Assembly (NCBI RefSeq): GCF_006345805.1
Contig: NC_043003.1
Location: 28,148,001 to 28,212,000 of the forward strand
Source of the DNA: Octopus sinensis
Taxonomy: Eukaryota
Direction of reading: 5' to 3'
Length of the DNA stretch: 64,000 nucleotides
Below are positions 11,157 through 21,079 of this stretch, piece by piece. Numbering within the stretch: position 1 is the first letter of the stretch; every line of letters begins with the position of its first letter. Both the position numbers and the translations under genes were made by a program. Under the pieces are notes generated by a model. It ran no database searches. It was not told the origin of the DNA and saw nothing but the letters and a program-made list of their open reading frames with translations.

Positions 11157-14100
11157 CAGGACAAAGATCCCGTTCCTGATAGACTTTGTTGCATGCAATC
11201 AAGCCTTATGCATAGCACTTACAGAAACGCACCTGAAACCGGACATAGCAGATGCGGAGTTACACATACCACAGTATGCTGTACTACGGACCGACAGGAA
11301 AGAAAGGAGTCATGGAGGTGTTGCTATGTACATCCGTGAGGACCTCACACCCCAGGTCCTCTTGTCATACTCAAACTCGGTGTGTGACACACTAATTGTA
11401 CATATTAGGCAACTTGATGTAGTTGTGTGTGCTACATATCGCCCTCCAGATGCCCCAAGCCATGTGGGCAAGTTTGAAGACTGCCTTATAAAAATAGAAG
11501 AAATTCTAACCACATTAGAACAACACATAGGTGTGCTTCTTATGGGAGACTTCAATCTGCCCAATGTCAGATGGCCCGAGGGCCTTTCTCTCCCAGGAAT
11601 GACAAGATGTGAACGAGGACAGGCGAGGTCCCTCCTGAACCTCATCAACACCCTGTACATGGAGCAGGTAATACTCCAACCACCAGGGCAGGTAACACAC
11701 TGGATCTCTGCTTCACAAATGACATGGATCTCATCCATAATGTGAAAGTGACACCGACACTACTCTCGGATCACAACATGATAGAGCTGACCATGTACGG
11801 GCCAAAAGAGAGCACGGACATGCAGCCTACAAGAAACCCTCAAAGTCTTTCCAGCTTGAACTACCATAAGGCAAACTGGAAACAAATTGAGAAAGAGATC
11901 CTCAAACAAAACTGGCCTAAATGTCTCTCCTCGCCAGACATCGACGTGAAACTTCAACAATTCATGTCTGTAATGCAAGCCATATGCTACAAATGTGTCC
12001 CAGAGAGAAAGGCCACTGTACACAAGAACAAAATCCCCAGAGAGAGGAAAATTTTAATGAGACGGCGTACGAAATTTTCAAATCGCCTAAACAAACAGAT
12101 TGAAAGCAGTGAAAAGTCCCGCCTAAAAATAAAACTGTTGGAAATCGAAAAATGTCTGCAACTCTCCCATGAAAAAGAAAGAGCAGACAAAGAAGCCTGG
12201 GCTATAGAAAACATAAAATCTAACCCCAGAGCTTTCTACAGGTATGCCAAAGAAACAGCTACAGTGCACTGTAGAATAGGGCCACTCCTCGAAAAGGATG
12301 GCACACTTACAGGAAAACCAATGAGGGTAAGTGAAATACTGAATGAGCAATTCAAGAGTGTTTTCACTCCACCCCTTGGGCATCTCCAAATCACCAATCC
12401 AACTGACTTTTTTACCACTGCAGATATAAAATCAGAGGCGGCGACGATAGATTACATCGATATAAAGGAAGACGATGTAACCAAGGCTATAGATGAAATG
12501 AAAACAGACTCAGCTACTGGCCCCGATGGATTCCCGGCAATCCTCCTAAAAGCATGTAAGAGAGTCCTAGCAAGACCACTGCAGTTCCTCTTTCAGAGCT
12601 TCCTTGCAGCTGGCAAACTTCCAGCAAAACTGAAGGAAGGTAAAATATGCCCCATTCATAAAGGAGGTAGCAGAGCGGAAGCCAAGAACTATAGACCTAT
12701 CTCTCTGACCTCACACATCAGCAAGGTCATGGAACGAATAGTCAGAAGGAAGCTGATCACCTTCCTTGAAGAGAATGACTTGCTGCCCGACACCCAACAT
12801 GGTTTCCGACCAGGGAGAAGCTGTTTAACTCAGCTCCTACAACACTATGACTGGGTGCTGAAACGGCTGCTCAACCACTCAAATGTGGAAGTGATATATC
12901 TCGACTTTGCAAAGCCTTTGATAAAGTCGATCATGGAATGATATGTCACAAACTGCGTGATCTCAACATAGTTGGAAAACTGGGAGAATGGCTTCATGAC
13001 TTTCTGAAGGATAGAAGTCAGGTGGTAGTAGCCAATGGGGCCACCTCCATTAACACACAAATAGTGAGCGGTGTTCCGCAGGGCACTGTTCTGGGACCAC
13101 TACTGTTCATAATGGCCCTCTCAGACATGCCCTCAGCCACGCAGAGAGCCACGATCACAAGTTATGCAGATGATACAAAAGTTTCACAGGCAATACAGAA
13201 CCCTGAGGACACTAAACACCTGCAATGTGAGCTGGACGAAATATACAAGTGGGCTGAAAAGAATAGCATGCAGTTCAATGCTGGAAAGTTTCAAGCTTTA
13301 TACTATCAGCATGCAAAACTGAATGCAATACCCAATGAATACACTGGACCCGGAGGGATTGCAATCCCAGAGGCACAATCAGTGCGTGACCTGGGTATTC
13401 ACATGAGTGATGACGCGACCTTTCATGTACATGTTGCTAAACTGACAATGAAATGTAGACGGCTGGCTGGATGGATTCTTAGAACCTTTAGAACAAGAGA
13501 ACAAGAAACCATGATGGTCCTCTGGAAGACACTTGTCCTAAGCCACTTTGACTATTGCTCTCAGCTATGGTCACCATCCAGTGTCAAGTTGATCACAGAA
13601 CTTGAGGCGATCCAACGAAGCTACACAAAGAAGATAGCCTCTATGCAGAATGTAAGCTACTGGGAAAGACTCAAGAGATTAAAATTATATTCCCTGGAGC
13701 GTAGGCGGGAAAGATATGCCATAATATACATCTGGAAGATCCTGGAGGGAAGTGTCCTGAACTTTGGCATCGAGAGTTACGCAAATGCCAGAACTGGGCG
13801 CCACTGCGTGGTGCCTAGGACTCCAAACCTGCCATCAAGATGTAGGACAAGATTCTGTGATAGCCTGGGCTTCCGAGGCCCACAGCTCTTCAATATCCTC
13901 CCGAAGAACTTGAGAGACCTGCATGGGGTGGATACAGATGTCTTTAAAATGAAGCTGGATCTCTTCCTGTCAGGTGTCCCAGATGAACCAACTTCAAGGC
14001 AGGAGGGGCAGATGAGGGCAGCTGCATCGAATTCTCTCATGCACCAAATAGCAGTTGCTAGAAAGCCTCCATGAAGTGAAACCAAGTAGCAACACCAAAT

Positions 14101-14163
14101 GGCGGTGCCCCAGCATGGCCACAGCTCATAAGCTGAAACTAGAATCAATCAATCAATCAATCA

Positions 14164-14166
<3 letters not shown>
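11156..14166 (+). mobile_element. CR1-group LINE, near-complete ORF2 (APE endonuclease plus RT), 5'-truncated, two -1 frameshifts
   Basis: APE motifs (IALTETHL, YRPP, MGDFNLP, SDHN) and RT motifs (NYRPISLTS, QHGFRPGRSC, YLDF, GVPQGTVLGPLLF, YADD) span ORFs 10951-11745, 11724-12941 and 12938-14074. There is a short 3' UTR and an (AATC)n tail, with (TA)n on both sides. Confidence 0.95.
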
Positions 14167-14195
<29 letters not shown>

Positions 14196-14361
14196 CGTAT
14201 GTATGTTTATATGTGTGTTTGTGTGTGTATGTGTGTGCGTGTGTAAGTAACTATATATATAGGGGAGAATTCACACAAAAAAAACAAAAGACGAAGACAG
14301 GTGGTGTAGACAACGTACAGATGCATTAGTTTAACGCTCGGGAAGTGAAAAAGTCTTTAAC

Positions 14362-14448
<87 letters not shown>

Positions 14449-15419
14449 CCTGTCGCTTACTGTTTTTATTTTTATTTGTATTTTTACTGTCTTGTATTGT
14501 TTTTACTGTCCTGTTTTTGTTACCACTTTTACCCCTCCGCAAAATATCTCAAATTATTTGCCGGAAGGACCGTTTCACCGACGTCGTGTCTCGCCTTTAC
14601 CTTCGAAACGCGGAGTAGACGAAACGGAGGCGGCTGAAGAAGGGGATTTTTCCTTGTGTTGTATGTCTTGTACCCTGTTTTTTCGTTGTTTAAAAAGATA
14701 TCCGTTTCCATGATTCTGTTTTTACGTTTTCGTTTCTCATCGTGTTCGACGTTTTTTTGGTGTCCTGTACCTATATATGCATGTATACATACATATAGAT
14801 GTAGGTACGTACACATATGTATGTATATATGCATGTTTTATTTATTATTTTGTTATATATATATATATATATATATACATACGTATGTATGTTTATATAT
14901 GTGGGTTTGTGTGTGTATATATATATATGTTTGTGTATGTGTGTGTGTGTGTTTGTATTTGTTCCCTATCATCGCCTGACAACCGGCATTGACTTTTTTA
15001 CTTCCCCATAACGTAGAGATCCGAGAAAAGGGACCGATAGAATAAAAATCAGGTTGAAAAAAATTGTACTGAGGTCGATTTGTTTGACTAAACCCTTCAA
15101 GGCGGTGCCCCAGTATGACCGTAGTCAAATGACTGAAACAGGTAAAAGATAAAAAAAATTAAAATAAGTAGGTCATGGTGCTACTTGAACGTAAAACTCA
15201 AAGAGCTAGAACAATTATCGCAAGAAAGACAGTCTAACTTAGTTTTACCAATCCACTGTCGAGGATTGTATCTTTTTTTATCGATCCTGAAAGGATAAAA
15301 GGCAAAGTTGACCTTGGCGGGATTTGAAATAAAATCTGAGCGTATCGAGTCAGAAGAAATACCACGAAGTGACGAATACTCAGTAAAATCTATGTTAACG
15401 AAGTTAATGTGCAGACTGT

Positions 15420-16135
15420 GAGATAGATAGAGAAATAGACCAATAACTAAATAAGGTAGCCAGATGGACAGACCTAGATAGACAAGTAGACCGAAAACTA
15501 GTTAGATAGACAGACAGACAGACAGATAGACCGATAGCTAGCTAAGCAGATATACTGATAGCAAACTAGATAAACAGATAGACAGACAGGTAGACCGATA
15601 GCTTGATCTGAGAGACAGATGGGTAGATGAATGGCTATATAAGATAGACTGACAGATAAACTAATAGCGAGATAGACTGACAGTCAAATAGACCGATTGC
15701 AAGATAGATAGACAGGCAGATCGATAGCTTGATAAGAGTCACAGGCTGATGAATGACTTGATAAGATAGAGTGACAGATAAACCGATAGCTAGATAGACT
15801 GACAGACAAACAAACCGATTGCTAAGATAGATATACAGACAGACCGACCGACAGCTAGATAAGATAGAGAGATAGACTGATAGCTAGATTATTGGTCAGA
15901 CAAACAGAAGGATAGACTGGTAGCTAGCTTGATAAATAGACTAATAGATAGAGAGATAAGCAGACACATAGAGCGATAGTTAGATACACCGCTAGCTAGC
16001 TAGACAGACAAAATTAGATTGATAGTTCGATAGATAGACAGACACATAGAGCTAGACTGGCATATAGGCTGTTAGCTAGATAAGATAGACAGATAGATTG
16101 ATAGCTAGCTAGACAGATAGACAGATAGGCCGATG

Positions 16136-16220
<85 letters not shown>

Positions 16221-16860
16221 ACAGACAGACAAGCAGGCGGAAAGCTAGCTTGATAGACAATCAAACTGTTAGAGAGAAAGACGGTCACCTAAACCGATAG
16301 CTAACCTAGCTAAAGACATAATATAGACAGAAAGTTAGACTGATAGCTGGCTTGCTTGAGACAAAATGATTAATAGCTAGCTGGACAGACAGATATATAG
16401 ACCGACAGCTTGCTAGCTAGACCGATAGCTAAAGAGATAGCTGGAGAGAGATATTTGGACAGGACAAAAGCAAGCTAATCAGACAGATAGACCGATGGCC
16501 AGGGAGATAGACAGTCAGATAGACAGGTAGATAGATCGAAAGCTAGCTAGATAGCTTGAGAGATCGATAGCTAATGAGATTGACAGATAGACCGATAAGT
16601 AGATAAAATAGCCTGACAGTCAGATAACTAGATAATATGACCAGAGAGATAGACCGATAAGTAGATTGATAGACAGATAGCCCGATAGGTATGTATGATG
16701 AACAGGAAAATAGACCAATACGAAAATAATATAGACACACAGACAGACTGATAGCTAGATAAGATAGGCAGAAACTGGTAGCTATATAGATAGACCAGGA
16801 GAAAGACCGATTGCTAGCTAGAAAGATAGGTAGATCAACGGACAAACTGATACACAGACA
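15420..16860. repeat. Degenerate (GATA/GACA/GCTA)n compound satellite
   Basis: 1.4 kb of gatagacagacagatagaccgatagctag-like units with a pure (GATA)n core at ~16135-16218. Confidence 0.9.
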
Positions 16861-17259
16861 TAGCTTTCAACTAACAATAACACGCTTCGGATAACTTTCG
16901 TTGGCTATGTACCGCCTCAGTGAAAAGTTGAGTCACGGACAGACACTAAAATGAGTTAGTGCTGTGTTTCTAAAACCGAACAAAAACAAACAAATATCAG
17001 GGTTTCCCACGCAAAAAGGTATTGAAACTTTTTGGCACTCCAACACTTCATTAATTAAAAGACAAAATAGATTCTTTTTCTTTTTTCGCATTTATATAAA
17101 TATATTTTTTTCTTAGCTATGATGCTTGGACAAGTTTAAACAGTTTTAATATATGTAATCGATCTAAAATAATTTCTCGTAAAAAGAAGCTAATCAATAA
17201 ATTATTTCTTACGTTTTCTGGTGGTAAAAATGGCAGTTTCGTTTGTTGAAGTAATAATA

Positions 17260-17307
<48 letters not shown>

Positions 17308-17323
17308 TGATGATGATAATACT

Positions 17324-17858
17324 GATGCAGTACCAGGCAGTGGCTCTCGTGGCTTCTGATCTTAACTGTTTGGAAGTGTTATCATGTACATTGTTTTGTC
17401 TTGGTATAAAAAATGGGCTACAGCAAATATTCTGCTCAATAACACAGATTTTCTTGTCGGTTGTTTGATCTTAACCAATTGAGCATGTCACTTGGTGGCT
17501 GACGGTATGTGCATCTCTTATCACGAGCAGAAGTAGTGGGGGAGCATCATAGCCATGTGTCGAGAGGAATTCTTTGGGGTTGAATAATTCAACTCTGGAA
17601 ACATGGGTGTTTTGTTCAACATCCTTAAACAATCATTATTCAGAGACCTTTTGAGTGGAATGAGCTACTCGACTTGCAGAAAATTCCAACTGGACCCCCA
17701 CCTGTAAGGTCATGTGCTGTTTATCATATGAGATCACCACGCCGCGCACATATGGTTGTGATGCATGTACCTAATCAGACGGGTAGTCATGATGGTTATA
17801 CTGGGTTTCGTATATTTTACCCAGTTTCACTTTGATGTCATGCACTGCTCTTTCACTC
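17324..17858 (+). mobile_element. ~540-bp non-coding, (TAA)n-tailed dispersed element (family T)
   Basis: Homologous copies at 53602-54068 (-), 61930-62060 (-, 3' part) and 18310-18385 (+, fragment). No tRNA A/B boxes or ORF were seen; it ends ...gcactgctct(c/t)tcactc followed by (AAT)n. Confidence 0.75.
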
Positions 17859-17880
17859 AATAATAATAATAATAATAATA

Positions 17881-18242
17881 AAATGTCAGATACCAGGAAA
17901 TCCGAAAATGGAAGAAATAAAAAATAGTGCTCATGGGAACTGATCATATCCTACGTTAAATATTGGCTATGTAATCCCTAAAATATTTTTGTTTGTAAAC
18001 AGTGTCAAAGTATTTTTAAATGTACATAATAACAAACACATTTTACTGTCATTTTAACATCACACTATCATCTTATAATCAAATTACTTTTAAAGCCTTA
18101 TGTTTTGACAGACAATTCCTAGAATAATACTCTGTACAAAACCCAAAATATGATGCACTAGTCATAACAGCAAATTGTACTTCTAACTTGTTGTTTCTTG
18201 AGGTCTCTGGGTGAGATCTGGAGTCAAAGCAAAAGCCAAACG

Positions 18243-18244
<2 letters not shown>
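17881..18244 (+). mobile_element. R4/Dong-clade 3' fragment inside (TAA)n
   Basis: Homologous to 42190-42470 (QIPGNPKMEEI..IVLMGTDHILR; 3' UTR gaggtctctgggtgaga..tggag); (TAA)n on both sides. Confidence 0.8.
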
Positions 18245-18312
<68 letters not shown>

Positions 18313-18743
18313 GATGGGCTACAGCAAATATTCTGCTCAATACCACAGATTTGCTAGTCAGTTGTTTGACTTTAACCAGTTGACCTGATTTTTATTGGTG
18401 TAAGAAAAACAAAACAAAACAAAACAAAATAAAATAATCGCTTGGATATTAACTAGCTCAGCGACGCCATTAGAAAGAAAATAATACTTAAGTTTGCGTT
18501 AATACATTGAATGTGTGGAGCATTAGAAAACTATCTAGAAAATGCTCGGTTCTAAGTATATATATCTATATAAATCTCCAAAATGGAACAAGAACGCAAC
18601 AGACGACAGATAGACGATACAAAGACGGATACAAAGACGGGAAAACAACGAAAGGACAGACAGGAAAAAAACAAGGATGGGTCATTCGCAGTTTTCTCTC
18701 GTTTGTCAGGTTTCCAAATCGTTCTTACAGTTTCGGCCTGTTG

Positions 18744-19214
18744 CACTTGAGACTGTTCATATCTGGCTGGCCAAAAAATCTAAGCTAAGAGCATTAACTA
18801 TTTTGGGAGAAAGCAAGCGAATGTGTACGGCAACAAAGCCCCCCCCCCCAAAAAAAAGCGACAAAAAAGGAGAAAATCTTACACAATTACAAATACAAAC
18901 AACAAGAAAATAACAACAGGTGTCTTTCGACTAATAGAGACGAATGAAATTGAGCTGGCACGTGTGGAGTGAAAGCCACAGTGAAGCAGGAACATAGATG
19001 GAACATATCCCAAAGCTTTCACTATACACACGCCAGCTCGAAAGACACCTGTTGTTATTTTCTTGTTGTTTGTATTTGTAATTGTGTAACATTTTCTCCC
19101 TTTTGTTTGTCGTATTTTTGTCTTTGTTGTACACGTTCGCTTGCTTTCTCTCTAACTATCTAATGCTCTAAGCTTAGATCTTTGGGGCCAGCCAGGTTTG
19201 AAGAGTCTCAAGTG
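18744..19214. repeat. ~470-bp imperfect palindrome (foldback)
   Basis: Arms 18744-18976 and 19015-19214 are reverse complements with indels; the central loop is ~38 nt. Confidence 0.9.
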
Positions 19215-19435
19215 TGTGCGTGTGTATAAGAGATAATGGTGTCATTGTGACCCAAAGGTGTCAGGTAATGCTGAATAAGTGCTATAGACAGGCCACAGTT
19301 AAGTTACAGATTCGGTAATATTGCGAATAAAGGATTGAACGATGGTTCTATGTCAGCGTCTGTATATAATAATTTTTTGCGTAATAAGATAAAAAACCAA
19401 GGCTGTATAGATATTAGAGAATTTATAAATAGAAG

Positions 19436-19487
19436 GTCTTACAGCTGTTTCTAGGATATTTATTAATAATATCCCTTCATCGGAGAC
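19436..19487 (-). ncRNA. Type I hammerhead ribozyme fold (U4C core, A.A-closed stem II)
   Basis: Minus strand: stem I GUCU/AGAC, core CCGAUGA, A-GGGAUAUU/AAUAUCCU-A, GAAA, palindromic stem III ACAGCUGU, GUA site after 19440. Confidence 0.6.
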
Positions 19488-19844
19488 GGTGTGAGAGGAA
19501 AGTTAAGTCATAGCTAGTTTAGCCTTGTTTTTTTTAAATCTTATTACGCAAAAATTCTTATATATACAATATAGGATGGGTATGTATATATATATTTACA
19601 CACACTCACACACAAACACACACATCTGTATATCTACCTGTATATATGTGTGCGTGCGCGCGCGCGTTTGTAAGGCGGTGCTCCAGCGTGGCCGCAGTCA
19701 AATGACTGAAACAAATAAAAGGAATAAAATGAAAAGGGAAAAGGATAAGTATATTTATGCATATATGCATACACTCACATATTTGAGTACGTGTGTATAC
19801 ACGTACTCAAATATATATGTGGTGTGTGTGTGTGTGTATGACCG

Positions 19845-20030
19845 CGTGTGTACCATTGGCGATTTTTTTCCCTCCGTCTTCCCCTCTTTGGATCTTTCCT
19901 TTTCCTATGTTTCTGACGAAGAGCTCCGCTCGAAACGTTAAACCCTCCTTCTTTCCTTCCTTCCTGAGCGTCCAATAATACTATATTTGTTCCACGTCCT
20001 CGCGTTGTTGTGTTTTCATGTTTGGATTAA

Positions 20031-20032
<2 letters not shown>
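19845..20032 (+). mobile_element. Penelope-like non-autonomous fragment (family P1), second copy
   Basis: Aligns with 9390-9580, including the hammerhead, and ends in (TA)n. Confidence 0.55.
19909..19943 (+). ncRNA. Minimal type I hammerhead fold (family P1)
   Basis: GUUU/AAAC stem I, CUGACGA, extra A, GAGC-UCC-GCUC, GAAA, palindromic ACGU stem III, GUU site after 19939. Confidence 0.55.
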
Positions 20033-20100
<68 letters not shown>

Positions 20101-20806
20101 AATATAAACAAGAAGGGTAGTAATATTATTTACTACTAGGTGCCCAGCACAAAAGACGAGTTAGTCATAAGACAAAAATATTATTCATATAGAAAAATAT
20201 TATTCATGTGGTTATACAATTAAGGGCTCCTAAATAAAGATGCCGAGTGCTGGGAACACAAAAAGGGGATGAATTTATCGAGAGTGAAAATCAAAAACGT
20301 TTACCGATAACTTTAACAACTCGTACCGCGGTTTCTGCTTCTTTCTAGCAAAACACAGAATATGTTTGCTAAGGCTAGCTTCATCAGCGAGTCGCCTGAA
20401 TTTAATCGAGGTCTGCAGCGATGTGGGGCTATATGTTAAACCCGACTACTAGCAGATCTTAACTTTTCAAATCTCTGCGCAGACGCAAAATTTACACGGG
20501 CATGCCGGGAAGAATTTTACGAATAAATTCATCATGTAGTATGCGAATATAAACAAGAAGGGTAGTAATATTATTTACTACTAGGTGCCCAGCACAAAAG
20601 ACGAGTTAGTCATAAGACAAAAATATTATTCATATAGAAAAATATTATTCATGTGGTTATACAATTAAGGGCTCCTAAATAAAGATGCCGAGTGCTGGGA
20701 ACACAAAAAGGGGATGAATTTATCGAGAGTGAAAATCAAAAACGTTTACCGATAACTTTAACAACTCGTACCGCGGTTTCTGCTTCTTTCTAGCAAAACA
20801 CAGAAT

Positions 20807-20808
<2 letters not shown>
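20101..20808 (-). repeat. 445-nt hammerhead-containing unit repeated 1.6x (263-bp direct repeat 20101-20363 = 20546-20808)
   Basis: The two 263-bp copies are identical by eye, with an offset of exactly 445 nt. Both ends abut (TA)n, and there is no ORF of 60 aa or more. Confidence 0.9.
20319..20392 (-). ncRNA. Type I hammerhead ribozyme fold
   Basis: Minus strand: stem I ACUCG/CGAGU (5 bp), core CUGAUGA, stem II GCU/AGC extended by the UAGCAAACAUA/UGUGUUUUGCUA hairpin and flanked by A.A, then GAAA, palindromic stem III ACCGCGGU, and a GUA cleavage site after 20324. Confidence 0.7.
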
Positions 20809-20858
<50 letters not shown>

Positions 20859-20861
20859 ATC

Positions 20862-20894
<33 letters not shown>

Positions 20895-21046
20895 TATATA
20901 TATTATATATATATACGCATGCAAGAATTGGTCTACTTAGTCATCGACACCACCACCATAAAACTAATTTTCTGGATACGAGATAAAGCCGTCTCTTTCT
21001 CTCCCTCTCTACCTCCCTCATTCTCTCTCTCTCCACACACACACAC

Positions 21047-21079
<33 letters not shown>

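Noticed and set aside
14600-14655. GAAACGCG...CUGAAGAAGGGG hammerhead-like words
   Set aside because: The order and stems do not give a valid type I, II or III fold, and U16.1 is missing.
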